Shown here in pieces: positions 26,801 through 42,052 of a DNA stretch of 64,000 bases. Position 1 is the first letter of the stretch. Every line of letters starts with the position of its first letter. The notes beneath the pieces were generated by a model, which made no database searches, was not told where the DNA came from, and saw nothing but the letters and a program-made list of their open reading frames with translations. This DNA comes from the human T2T-CHM13v2.0 reference genome, Homo sapiens. The position numbers and the translations under genes are program-made. Where the stretch lies: the NCBI RefSeq assembly GCF_009914755.1, contig NC_060940.1; one strand, given 5' to 3'.

Positions 26801-29704
26801 ATTCCATTCCATTCCATTCAATGACTCCATTCGATTCCGTTTGATGATGATTTCATTCGAGTCCATTTGATGATTCCATTTGATTCCATTCGATGATGAT
26901 TACATTCGAGTCCATACGATGATTCCACTCAATTCCATATCATGATGATTCCATTCGATTCCATTCGATGATTCCATTCTATTCTATTCAATGGTGATTC
27001 CATTCGAGTACATTAGATGATTCCATTCGATTCCATTCAATGATGATTCTATTTGTGTCCCTTAGATGGTTCCACATGATTCCATTTCATGATGATACTA
27101 TTTGAGCCCATCCAATGATTCCCTTCGTATCCATTCGATGAGGATTCCATTCGATTCAATTCATTGGTGATTCTATTCAATTCAATTCTTTGATTCCATT
27201 CCATTCCATTCGACAATGATTCCATTCGATTTCTTTCGATGATTCCACTCGATTCCACTTGACATTGATTCCATTCGATTCCATTCAATGATTCCGTTTG
27301 ATTCCAGTGGATGATGATTGCCATCGATTCCATTCGATCACTCCATTCTATTCCATTTGATGATGATTACATTCGATTCCATTTGATGATTCCATCTGAT
27401 TCTATTCGAGGATTCCATTTGATTCCATTCGATGATGATTCCATTCGAGTGCATTCGATGATTTCATTCGAGTACATCCAATGATTCCATTCGAGTCCAT
27501 TTGATGATTCCATTTAATTCCATTTGATTATGATTCTACTAGAGTCCATTCAATGACTCCATTCGAATCCATTCAACAATTCCATTCGAGGCCATTCGAT
27601 GATTCCATTTCATGATTCCATTCGAGTCCATTTAATCATTACAGTCGAGTCCATTTGGTGATTCCACTGGATTTCTTTTGATAATGATACCATTCAATTA
27701 CATTTGATGATGATCCCATTCAATTTCATTTGATGGTGATTCCATTAGAGTCCATTCGATGATTTCATTCGAGTCCCTTCATTGATTCCATCCGATTTCA
27801 TTTGATGATGACTCCATTCGAGTCCATTCGATGATTCCACTCGATTCCATCAGATGGTTCCATTGGAGTCCATTTGATTGTTCCATTCGATTCTATTCGA
27901 TTCCTTTCGAAGATTATTCCATTTGAGTCCATTCGATGATGATTCCATTCCATTCCATTCGATGATTCCGTTTGATTCCATTCGATGATTCCCTTCGATT
28001 CCTTTCTTTGATGATTCCATTCCATTCCATTCAATGATTCCATTCGAATCTATTCCATGATGATTCCTTTCGATTCCATTCGCTGATGTTTCCGTTCAAT
28101 TCCATTCGATGATGATTCCATTCGATTCCATTCATTGAGGATTCCATTTGATTCCATTCAATGATGATTCCGTTCTATTCCATTCAATGATTGCATTCAA
28201 TTCCATTCAATGATTATCCCCTTAGAGTAAACTCAACGATTCCATTCAATACCATTCGATGATGATTCCTTTTGAGTCCATTCAATGATTTCATTCAAGT
28301 CCATTTGATGATTCCTTTCAATTCCATTCTATGATGATTCCATTCGAGTCCATTCGATGATTCCATTCGATTGCATTCGATGATTCCATTATATTCCATT
28401 CAACAATGATTCCATTCGAGTCCATTCGATGATTCCATTAGAGTACATTTAATGATTGCTTTGTTTTCAATTCGAAGATGATTACATTGGATTCCATTCT
28501 ATGATACCATTCGATTCCATTCAATGATGATTCCACTCAAATCCATTGGATGATTCCATTCGTGTCCATTCGGTGATTTCATTAGATTCCATTCGAGGAT
28601 GATTCCATTCGATTCCATTCGATGATTCCATTCAATTCCATTCGATGATGATTCCATTCCAGTCCATATGATCATTCCATTTGATTTCATTCGATGGATG
28701 ATTCCATTCGATTCCATTCGATGATTCCATTCTATTCCATTCGATGATGATTCCATTCGAGTCCATTCGATGATTCCATTCGAGTCCATTTAATGATTCC
28801 ATTGGGTTCAATTCAATGATGATTACATTGGATTCCGTTCTATGATTCCATTCAATTCCGTTCATTGACAATTTGATTCCATTCGATGATGATTCCATTT
28901 GAGTTCATTCGATGATTCTATTCGATTCTCTTCGATGGTGATTCAATTCTATTATATTGGATGATTCCATTCGATTCCATTTGATGTTTATTCAATTCGA
29001 TTCTATTCGATGATGATTCCATTGGATTTCACTTGATGATTCTATTCGATTCCATTCAATGATGATTCACTTCTCGTCCATTGGATGATTCCATTTCATT
29101 CCATTCGATGATGATTCCATTCGATTCCATTCGATGATTCCATTTGATTCCATGCGTCGGTGAGCAATTCGATTCAATTCCATGATGATTCTATTTGATT
29201 CAATTAGATGATGTTTCCATTCGAATCCATTCCATGATTATTCCATTGGAATCCATTCGGCGATGATTCCATATGAGTCAATTCAATGATGATTCCATAT
29301 GGGTCCGTTTGATGATAATTCCATTTGATTTCATTCGGTGCTTCTATTCAATTCCAGTCGATGATGATTCCGCTGGAGTCCATACGATGATTCCATTTGA
29401 TTTCATTTGATGATGATTCCATTCGATGATGATTACATTGGATTCCATTCTATGATTCCATTCAATTCCATTCGTTGATGATTCGATTCCATTCAATGAT
29501 GATTCCATTTGAGTTCATTCGATGATTCTATTCGATTCCGTTCGATGGTGATTCAATTCTCTTATATTGGATGAATCCACTCGATTCCATTTGATGATTA
29601 TTCCATTGGAGTCCACTTAGTGAATCCTTCAGATTCTACTCGAAGATGATTCCATTCCAGTCCATTCGATGATACCATTCAATTCCATTCGTTGATGCTT
29701 CCAT
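23851..29704 (+). repeat. Unit 5, type C, 5,854 bp (net -258: -3, +16, +3, -72, -23, -170, -10, +1)
   Basis: Indels are seen near 24505, 24722, 25340, 25515, 26175, 26900, 27610 and 28697. Their sum matches the ORF-landmark offsets (-56, -249, -259, -258). Confidence 0.87.
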
Positions 29705-32700
29705 TCAAGTGCATTCGATGATATCATTCGATTCCATTTGATGATAATTCCATTTGATTCCATGCGATGATTCTATTCGATTCCATTCAATGATAATTCC
29801 ATTCAGTTCAGTGATTCCTCTGGATTCTATTTGATGATGATTCCATTCAATGATTCCATTCGATTCTATTCGAAAATGTTTCCATTTGAATCCATTTGAT
29901 GATGATTCCATTAGATTCCATTTGATGATTCCATTCGATTCCATGCGACGATGATTCCATTCGATTCCATTTGATGATTCCATTCTATTCTATTCGATGA
30001 TGATTCCATTCGATTCCATTCGATGATGATTGGATTTGATTCCATTTGATGATTTCATTTGATTCCATTCGTTAATGATTTCGATCAATTCCATTCGATG
30101 ATTCCATTCGATTCCATTCGATGATGATTGGATTTGATTCCATTTGATGATTTCATTTGATTCCATTCGTTAATGATTTTGATCAATTCCATTCGATGAT
30201 TCCATTCGATTCCATTCGATAATGATTACATCCGAGTCCATTCGATGATTCCATTTGAGCCTGTTCGATAATTCCTTTTGAGTCCAACCAATGATTCCAT
30301 TCATTTCCATTCAATGATTCCATTCGAGTCCATTTGATCATTCCAGTAGGGTCCATTCGATGTTGATTCCATTGGAGTGCATTCGATGATTCCATTCGAG
30401 TCCATTTTAGGATTTGATTCGAGTCCTTTCGATGATTCCATTCGATTCCACTCGATGATGATTTCATTCGAGTCCATTCGACACTTCCAATCGATTCCAT
30501 TTGATGTTTCCATTCGAGTCCAATTGATGATTCCATTCAATTCCATTCGATGATGATTCCGTACGATTCCATTCTGTGATGATTCCATGTGATTGCATTC
30601 AATGATGATTCCTTTAGATTGCATTCGATTGTGATTCATTTCGTCTTCATTCTATGGTTCCACAGGTTTCCATTCGTGTCCATTCCATTATTCCATTCTA
30701 TTCCATTTGATGATGATTCCATTCGATTCCATTCATTGGTGATTCCACTCAATTCCATTCAATGATTCCATTCCATTTCTTTCAACAATGATTCCATTAG
30801 TTTCTATTCGGTGATCCACTTGATTCCATTTGACGACGATTCCATTCGTGTCCATTCGATGATTCCATTTGATTCCATATGATGATGATTCCATTCGATT
30901 CCATACGATGATGATTCCATTCGAGTCCATTCAATGGTGATTCCATTCAATTCCATTCGATGATTCCTTTCGATTCCATTCGATGATGATGGCATTCGAT
31001 TCCTTTCAATCATTCCCTTTGATTCCATTCAAAGGTGATTTCATTCAAGTCCATTCGATAATTGCATTCGATTCCATTCTATGATGATTCCATTCGAGTC
31101 CATTTGATGATTCCATTCAATTCAAGTCAATGATGATTCCATTCGATTCCATTCGATGATTCCATTGGATTCCATTCGATGATGATTCCATTCAAATCCA
31201 TTCGATAATTCAATTCAAGTCCATTCGATGATGATTAAAATCGAATCCATTCAAAGATTCCATTCAGTTCCATTCGATGATTCCCTTAGATTCCATTCGA
31301 TGATTCCACTTGATTTCATTTACGATGATTCCATTCGATTCCATGTGATGATTCCATTCAATTCTATTCAATGCTGTTTCCATTTCTTTCCATTCGACCA
31401 TGATTGCCTTTGATTCCATTCAATGACTCCATTCGGTTCCTTTTGATGATGATTCCGTTCGATTCCATTTCATTATTCCATTTGATTCCATTGGATGAGT
31501 CCATTCGATTACATTCGATGATTATTCCATTCGAGTGCATTAGATGATTCCATTCGAGTCCATTCGATGATTCCATTCGATTCCATTCGATGTTGATTCT
31601 GTTCAAATCCATTCGATGATTCCACTCGATTCCATTCGATGACTCCAGTTGATCCCATTCGATGATTTCCTTTGATTCCCTTTGATGATCATTCCATTTG
31701 ATTCAATTCGGTGATTTCATTTGATTCCATTCAGTGATGTTTCCATTCGACTCCATTCGATGATGATTCCATTCGACTCCATTCGATTATGATTTCATTC
31801 AATTCCATTCGATAATGATTCCCTTCGAGTCCATTCGATGATTCCATTCGATTCCATTCAACGATGATTTGATTCGTGTCCATTCGATGATTCCATTTGA
31901 TTCCACTTGATGATGATTCCATTCGAGTCCATTTGATGATTCCATTCAATTCCATTCTCCGATGATTTCTTTTGAGCCCATTCAATGCTTCCACTCGATT
32001 CCATATGATGATGACTCCATTCGATGAAATTCGATGATGATTCCATTCGTTTGCATTCGATGATGATTCCACTTGAGTCCATTAGAAGATTCTATTCAAT
32101 TACATTCCATGACGATTCCGTTCGAGTCCATTTGATGATTCCATTAGACTCCATTCGACGATGATTCCATTCGATGTTATTCGATGATTCCATTCGATCT
32201 CATTCGATGATGATTCCATTCAACTCCATTCGATGTTTCCATTCGAGTTCATTCTATTATTCCATTAGATTCCATTCGATGATGATTCCATTCGATTCCA
32301 TTTGATGATTGCATTCTATTTCATTTGATGTTGATTCCATTCGAGTCCACTCGATGATTCCATTCGAGTCCATTTAATGAATCCATTGGTTTCAATTCTA
32401 TGATGATTACATTGGATTCCATTCGTTGATGATTTCATTCGGTTCCATTCAATGATGATTCCATTCAATTCCTTTCAATGTTTCCATTCAATTCCATACG
32501 ATGATGATTCCATTTGATTTGATTCGACAGTGAGCCATTCGATTCAATTCCATGATGATTCTATTTGATTCCATTGGTTGACATTTCCATTCGATTCCAT
32601 TCGATGATGATTCCCTTTGATTCCATTCAAAGATGATTCCATTCTAGCCCATTCAATCATTCCATTCGAATCTATTCAATGATGATTCCATTCATGTCGA

Positions 32701-35700
32701 TTTGGTGATTCCATTTGACTTCATTTGATGATGATTCCTTTCAAGTTCATTAGATGATTCCATTCGATTCCATTTGATGATGATCCCATTCGAGTCCATT
32801 CAGTGATTCCACTCGTTTCCATTCCATGATGATTCCATTCCATTCCATGCAATGATTCCATTCGATTCCGTTTGATGATGATTTCATTCGAGTCCATTTG
32901 ATGATTCCATTTGATTCCATTCGATGATGATTCCATTCGAGTCCATTCGATGATTCTATTCGAATCCATTTGATGATTTCTTTTGATTATAGTTGGTGAT
33001 GATTCCATTGGAGTCCATTCAATGATTCCATTCGATTCCAATCGATGGTGATTCCATTAGAGTCCATTTAATGATTCCATTTGATTCCAGTCTCTGATGA
33101 TTACATTCGAGTCCATACGATGATTCCACTCAATTCCATATGATGATGATTCCATTCGATTCCATTCGATGATTCCATTCTATTCTATTCAATGGTGATT
33201 CCATTCGAGTACATTAGATGATTCCATTCGATTCCATTCAATGATGATTCTATTTGTGTCCCTTAGATGATTCCACATGATTCCATTAGATGATGATACT
33301 ATTTGAGCCCATCCAATGATTCCCTTCGATTCCATTCGATGAGGATTCCATTCGATTCAATTCATTGGTGATTCTATTCAATTCAATTCTTTGATTCCAT
33401 TCCATTCCATTCCACAATGATTCCATTCGATTTCTTTCGATGATTCCACTCGATTCCACTTGACATTGATTCCCTTCGATTCCATTCAATGATTCCATTT
33501 GATTCCAGTGGATGATGATTGCCATCGATTCCATTTGATCACTCCATTCTATTCCACTTGATGATGATTACATTCGATTCCATTTGACGATTCCATCTGA
33601 TTCTATTCGAGGATTCCATTTGATTCCATTCGATGATGATTCCATTCGAGTCCATTCGATGATATCATTCGAATACATCCAATGATTCCATTCGAGTCCA
33701 TTTGATGATTCCATTTGATTCCATTTGATAATGATTCTACTAGAGTCCATTCAATGACTCCATTGGAGTCCATTCAACAATTCCATTCGACTCCATTTGA
33801 TGATTCCATTGGATTCCATTTGATGATTCCATTCGAGTCCATTTAATCATTACAGTCGAGTCCATTTGGTGATTCCACCGGATTTCTTTTGATAATGATA
33901 CCATTCAATTACATTTGATGATGATCCCATTCAATTTCATTTGATGATGATTCCATTAGAGTCCATTCGATGATTTCATTCGAGTCCCTTCATTGATTCC
34001 ATCCGATTTCATTGGATGATGACTCCATTCGAGTCCATTCGATGATTCCACTCGATTCCATTAGATGATTCCATTGGAGTCCATTTCATTGTTCCATTCG
34101 ATTCCATTCGATTCCTTTCGAAGATTATTCCATTTGAGTCCATTCGATGATGATTCCATTCCATTCCATTCGATGATTCCGTTTGATTCCATTCGATGAT
34201 TCCCTTCGATTCCTTTCTTTGATGATTCCATTCCATTCCATTCAATGATTCCATTCGAATCTATTCCATGATGATTCCTTTCGATTCCATTCGCTGATGT
34301 TTCCGTTCAATTCCATTCGATGATGATTCCATTCGATTCCATTCATTGAGGATTCCATTTGATTCCATTCAATGATGATTCCGTTCTATTCCATTCAATG
34401 ATTGCATTCAATTCCATTCAGTGATTATCCCCTTAGAGTAAACTCAACGATTCCATTCAATACCATTCGATGATGATTCCTTTTGAGTCCATTCAATGAT
34501 TTCATTCAAGTCCATTTGATGATTCCTTTGAATTCCATTCTATGATGATTCCATTCGAGTCCATTCGATGATTCCATTCGATTGCATTCGATGATTCCAT
34601 TATATTCCAGTCAACGATGATTCCATTCGAGTCCATTCGATGATTCCATTAGAGTACATTTAATGATTGCTTTGTTTTCAATTCGAAGATGATTACATTG
34701 GATTCCATTCTATGATACCATTCGATTCCATTCAATGATGATTCCACTCAAATCCATTGGATGATTCCATTCGTGTCCATTCGGTGATTTCATTAGATTC
34801 CATTCGAGGATGATTCCATTCGATTCCATTCGATGATTCCATTCAATTCCATTCGAGGATGATTCCATTCCAGTCCATATGATCATTCCATTTGATTTCA
34901 TTCGATGATGATTCCATTCGATTCCATTCGATGATTCCATTCTATTCCATTCGATGATGATTCCATTCGAGTCCATTCGATGATTCCATTCGAGTCCATT
35001 TAATGATTCCATTGGGTTCAATTCAATGATGATTACATTGGATTCCGTTCTATGATTCCATTCAATTCCGTTCATTGACAATTTGATTCCATTCGATGAT
35101 GATTCCATTTGAGTTCATTCGATGATTCTATTCGATTCTCTTCGATGGTGATTCAATTCTATTATATTGGATGATTCCATTCGATTCCATTTGATGTTGA
35201 TTCAATTCGATTCTATTCGATGATGATTCCATTGGATTTCACTTGATGATTCTATTCGATTCCATTCAATGATGATTCACTTCTCGTCCATTGGATGATT
35301 CCATTTCATTCCATTCGATGATGATTCCATTCGATTCCATTCGATGATTCCATTTGATTCCATGCGTCGGTGAGCAATTCGATTCAATTCCATGATGATT
35401 CTATTTGATTCAATTAGATGATGTTTCCATTCGAATCCATTCCATGATTATTCCATTGGAATCCATTCGGCGATGATTCCATATGAGTCAATTCAATGAT
35501 GATTCCATATGGGTCCGTTCGATGATAATTCCATTTGATTTCATTCGGTGCTTCTATTCAATTCCAGTCGATGATGATTCCGTTGGAGTCCATACGATGA
35601 TTCCATTTGATTTCATTTGATGATGATTCCATTCGATGATGATTACATTGGATTCCATTCTATGATTCCATTCAATTCCATTCGTTGATGATTCGATTCC

Positions 35701-35914
35701 ATTAAATGATGATTCCTTTTGAGTTCATTCGATGATTCTATTCGATTCCGTTCGATGGTGATTCAATTCTCTTATATTGGATGAATCCACTCGATTCCAT
35801 TTGATGATTATTCCATTGGAGTCCACTTAGTGAATCCTTCAGATTCTACTCGAAGATGATTCCATTCAAGTCCATTCGATGATACCATTCAATTCCATTC
35901 GTTGATGCTTCCAT
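29705..35914 (+). repeat. Unit 6, type B, 6,210 bp (98-bp tandem duplication)
   Basis: TGGATTTGATTCC...CGTTAATGATTT occurs at 30031 and 30129. The B marker GATTAAAATCG is near 31233. Confidence 0.9.
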
Positions 35915-38900
35915 TCAAGTGCATTCGATGATATCATTCGATTCCATTTGATGATAATTCCATTTGATTCCATGCGATGATTCTATTCGATTCCATTCAA
36001 TGATAATTCCATTCAGTTCAGTGATTCCTCTGGACTCCATTTGATGATGATTCCATTCAATGATTCCATTCGATTCTATTCGAAAATGATTCCATTTGAA
36101 TCCATTTGATGATGATTCCATTAGATTCCATTTGATGATTCCATTCGATTCCATGTGACGATGATTCCATTCGATTCCATGTGATGATTCCATTCTATTC
36201 TATTCGATGATGATTCCATTCGATTCCATTCGATGATGATTGGATTCGATTCCATTTGATGATTTCATTTGATTCCATTCGTTAATGATTTCGATCAATT
36301 CCATTCGATGATTCCATTCGATTCCATTCGATAATGATTACATCCGTGTCCATTCAGTGATTCCATTTGAGCCTGTTCGATAATTCCATTTGAGTCCAAC
36401 CAATGATTCCATTCATTTCCCTTCCATGATTCCATTCGAGTCCATTTGATCATTCCGGTAGGGTCCATTCGATGTTGATTCCATTGGAGTGCATTCGATG
36501 ATTCCATTCGAGTCCATTTTATGATTTGATTCGAGTTCTTTCGATGATTCCATTCGATTCCACTCGATGATGATTTCATTCGAGTCCATTCGACACTTCC
36601 AATCGATTCCATTTGATGTTTCCATTCGAGTCCAATTGATGATTCCATTCAATTCCATTCGATGATGATTCCGTACGATTCCATTCTGTGATGATTCCAT
36701 GTGATTGCATTCAATGATGATTCCTTTAGATTGCATTCGATTGTGATTCATTTCGTCTTCATTCTATGGTTCCACAGGTTTCCATTCGTGTCCATTCCAT
36801 TATTCCATTCTATTCCATTTGATGATGATTCCATTCGATTCCATTCATTGGTGATTCCACTCAATTCCATTCAATGATTCCATTCCATTTCTTTCAACAA
36901 TGATTCCATTAGTTTCTAATCGATGATCCACTTGATTCCATTTGACGACGATTCCATTCTTGTCCATTCGATGATTCCATTTGATTCCATATGATGATGA
37001 TTCCATTCGATTCCATACGATGATGATTCCATTCGAGTCCATTCAATGGTGATTCCATTCAATTCCATTCGATGATTCCTTTCGATTCCATTCGATGATG
37101 ATGGCATTCGATTCCTTTCAATCATTCCCTTTGATTCCATTCAAAGGTGATTTCATTCAAGTCCATTCGATAATTGCATTCGATTCCATTCTATGATGAT
37201 TCCATTCGAGTCCATTTGATGATTCCATTCAATTCAAGTCAATGATGATTCCATTCGATTCCATTCGATGATTCCATTGGATTCCATTCGATGATGATTC
37301 CATTCAAATCCATTCGATAATTCAATTCAAGTCCATTCGATGATGATTAAAATCGAATCCATTCAAAGATTCCATTCAGTTCCATTCGATGATTCCCTTA
37401 GATTCCATTCGATGATTCCACTTGATTTCATTTACGATGATTCCATTCGATTCCATGTGATGATTCCATTCAATTCTATTCAATGCTGTTTCCATTTCTT
37501 TCCATTCGACCATGATTGCCTTTGATTCCATTCAATGACTCCATTCGGTTCCTTTTGATGATGATTCCGTTCGATTCCATTTCATTATTCCATTTGATTC
37601 CATTGGATGAGTCCATTCGATTACATTCGATGATTATTCCATTCGAGTGCATTAGATGATTCCATTCGAGTCCATTCGATGATTCCATTCGATTCCATTC
37701 GATGTTGATTCTGTTCAAATCCATTCGATGATTCCACTCGATTCCATTCGATGACTCCAGTTGATCCCATTCGATGATTTCCTTTGATTCCCTTTGATGA
37801 TCATTCCATTTGATTCAATTCGGTGATTTCATTTGATTCCATTCAGTGATGTTTCCATTCGACTCCATTCGATGATGATTCCATTCGACTCCATTCGATG
37901 ATGATTCCATTCGACTCCATTCGATTATGATTTCATTCAATTCCATTCGATAATGATTCCCTCCGAGTCCATTCGATGATTCCATTCGATTCCATTCAAC
38001 GATGATTTGATTCGTGTCCATTCGATGATTCCATTTGATTCCACTTGATGATGATTCCATTCGAGTCCATTTGATGATTCCATTCAATTCCATTCTCCGA
38101 TGATTTCTTTTGAGCCCACTCAATGCTTCCACTCGATTCCATATGATGATGACTCCATTCGATGAAATTCGATGATGATTCCATTCGCTTGCATTCGATG
38201 ATGATTCCACTTGAGTCCATTAGAAGATTCTATTCAATTACATTCCATGACGATTCCGTTCGAGTCCATTTGATGATTCCATTAGACTCCATTCGACGAT
38301 GATTCCATTCGATGTTATTCGATGATTCCATTCGATCTCATTCGATGATGATTCCATTCAACTCCATTCGATGTTTCCATTCGAGTTCATTCTATTATTC
38401 CATTAGATTCCATTCGATGATGATTCCATTCGATTCCATTTGATGATTGCATTCTATTTCATTTGATGATGATTCCATTCGAGTCCACTCGATGATTCCA
38501 TTCGAGTCCATTTAATGAATCCATTGGTTTCAATTCTATGATGATTACATTGGATTCCATTCGTTGATGATTTCATTCGGTTCCATTCAATGATGATTCC
38601 ATTCAATTCCTTTCAATGTTTCCATTCAATTCCATACGATGATGATTCCATTTGATTTGATTCGACAGTGAGCCATTCGATTCAATTCCATGATGATTCT
38701 ATTTGATTCCATTGGTTGACATTTCCATTCGATTCCATTCGATGATGATTCCCTTTGATTCCATTCAAAGATGATTCCATTCTAGCCCATTCAATCATTC
38801 CATTCGATTCTATTCAATGATGATTCCATTCATGTCGATTTGGTGATTCCATTTGACTTCATTTGATGATGATTCCTTTCAAGTTCATTAGATGATTCCA

Positions 38901-41900
38901 TTCGATTCCATTTGATGATGATCCCATTCGAGTCCATTCAGTGATTCCACTCGTTTCCATTCCATGATGATTCCATTCCATTCCATTCAATGATTCCATT
39001 CGATTCCGTTTGATGATGATTTCATTCGAGTCCATTTGATGATTCCATTTGATTCCATTCGATGATGATTCCATTCGAGTCCATTCGATGATTCTATTCG
39101 AATCCATTTGATGATTTCTTTTGATTATATTTGGTGATGATTCCATTGGAGTCCATTCAATGATTCCATTCGATTCCAATCGATGGTGATTCCATTAGAG
39201 TCCATTTAATGATTCCATTTGATTCCAGTCTCTGATGATTACATTCGAGTCCATACGATGATTCCACTCAATTCCATATCATGATGATTCCATTCGATTC
39301 CATTCGATGATTCCATTCTATTCTATTCAATGGTGATTCCATTCGAGTACATTAGATGATTCCATTCGATTCCATTCAATGATGATTCTATTTGTGTCCC
39401 TTAGATGATTCCACATGATTCCATTAGATGATGATACTATTTGAGCCCATCCAATGATTCCCTTCGATTCCATTCGATGAGGATTCCATTCGATTCAATT
39501 CATTGGTGATTCTATTCAATTCAATTCTTTGATTCCATTCCATTCCATTCGACAATGATTCCATTCGATTTCTTTCGATGATTCCACTCGATTCCACTTG
39601 ACATTGATTCCCTTCGATTCCATTCAATGATTCCATTTGATTCCAGTGGATGATGATTGCCATCGATTCCATTTGATCACTCCATTCTATTCCACTTGAT
39701 GATGATTACATTCGATTCCATTTGACGATTCCATCTGATTCTATTCGAGGATTCCATTTGATTCCATTCGATGATGATTCCATTCGAGTCCATTCGATGA
39801 TATCATTCGAGTACATCCAATGATTCCATTCGAGTCCATTTGATGATTCCATTTGATTCCATTTGATAATGATTCTACTAGAGTCCATTCAATGACTCCA
39901 TTGGAGTCCATTCAACAATTCCATTCGACTCCATTTGATGATTCCATTGGATTCCATTTGATGATTCCATTCGAGTCCATTTAATCATTACAGTCGAGTC
40001 CATTTGGTGATTCCACCGGCTTTCTTTTGATAATGATACCATTCAATTACATTTGATGATGATCCCATTCAATTTCATTTGATGATGATTCCATTAGAGT
40101 CCATTCGATGATTTCATTCGAGTCCCTTCATTGATTCCATCCGATTTCATTGGATGATGACTCCATTCGAGTCCATTCGATGATTCCACTCGATTCCATT
40201 AGATGATTCCATTGGAGTCCATTTGATTGTTCCATTCGATTCCATTCGATTCCTTTCGAAGATTATTCCATTTGAGTCCATTCGATGATGATTCCATTCC
40301 ATTCCATTCGATGATTCCGTTTGATTCCATTCGATGATTCCCTTCCATTCCTTTCTTTGATGATTCCATTCCATTCCATTCAATGATTCCATTCGAATCT
40401 ATTCCATGATGATTCCTTTCGATTCCATTCGCTGATGTTTCCGTTCAATTCCATTCGATGATGATTCCATTCGATTCCATTCATTGAGGATTCCATTTGA
40501 TTCCATTCAATGATGATTCCGTTCTATTCCATTCAATGATTGCATTCAATTCCATTCAGTGATTATCCCCTTAGAGTAAACTCAACGATTCCATTCAATA
40601 CCATTCGATGATGATTCCTTTTGAGTCCATTCAATGATTTCATTCAAGTCCATTTGATGATTCCTTTCAATTCCATTCTATGATGATTCCATTCGAGTCC
40701 ATTCGATGATTCCATTCGATTGCATTCGATGATTCCATTATATTCCAGTCAACGATGATTCCATTCGAGTCCATTCGATGATTCCATTAGAGTACATTTA
40801 ATGATTGCTTTGTTTTCAATTCGAAGATGATTACATTGGATTCCATTCTATGATACCATTCGATTCCATTCAATGATGATTCCACTCAAATCCATTGGAT
40901 GATTCCATTCGTGTCCATTCGGTGATTTCATTAGATTCCATTCGAGGATGATTCCATTCGATTCCATTCGATGATTCCATTCAATTCCATTCGAGGATGA
41001 TTCCATTCCAGTCCATATGATCATTCCATTTGATTTCATTCGATGATGATTCCATTCGATTCCATTCGATGATTCCATTCTATTCCATTCGATGATGATT
41101 CCATTCGAGTCCATTCGATGATTCCATTCGAGTCCATTTAATGATTCCATTGGGTTCAATTCAATGATGATTACATTGGATTCCGTTCTATGATTCCATT
41201 CAATTCCGTTCATTGACAATTTGATTCCATTCGATGATGATTCCATTTGAGTTCATTCGATGATTCTATTCGATTCTCTTCGATGGTGATTCAATTCTAT
41301 TATATTGGATGATTCCATTCGATTCCATTTGATGTTGATTCAATTCGATTCTATTCGATGATGATTCCATTGGATTTCACTTGATGATTCTATTCGATTC
41401 CATTCAATGATGATTCACTTCTCGTCCATTGGATGATTCCATTTCATTCCATTCGATGATGATTCCATTCGATTCCATTCGATGATTCCATTTGATTCCA
41501 TGCGTCGGTGAGCAATTCGATTCAATTCCATGATGATTCTATTTGATTCAATTAGATGATGTTTCCATTCGAATCCATTCCATGATTATTCCATTGGAAT
41601 CCATTCGGCGATGATTCCATATGAGTCAATTCAATGATGATTCCATATGGGTCCGTTCGATGATAATTCCATTTGATTTCATTCGGTGCTTCTATTCAAT
41701 TCCAGTCGATGATGATTCCGTTGGAGTCCATACGATGATTCCATTTGATTTCATTTGATGATGATTCCATTCGATGATGATTACATTGGATTCCATTCTA
41801 TGATTCCATTCAATTCCATTCGTTGATGATTCGATTCCATTAAATGATGATTCCTTTTGAGTTCATTCGATGATTCTATTCGATTCCGTTCGATGGTGAT

Positions 41901-42052
41901 TCAATTCTCTTATATTGGATGAATCCACTCGATTCCATTTGATGATTATTCCATTGGAGTCCACTTAGTGAATCCTTCAGATTCTACTCGAAGATGATTC
42001 CATTCAAGTCCATTCGATGATACCATTCAATTCCATTCGTTGATGCTTCCAT
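35915..42052 (+). repeat. Unit 7, type B, 6,138 bp (extra 26-bp subunit)
   Basis: GATGATTCCATTCGACTCCATTCGAT is doubled at 37874-37925. B markers are present. Confidence 0.9.
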
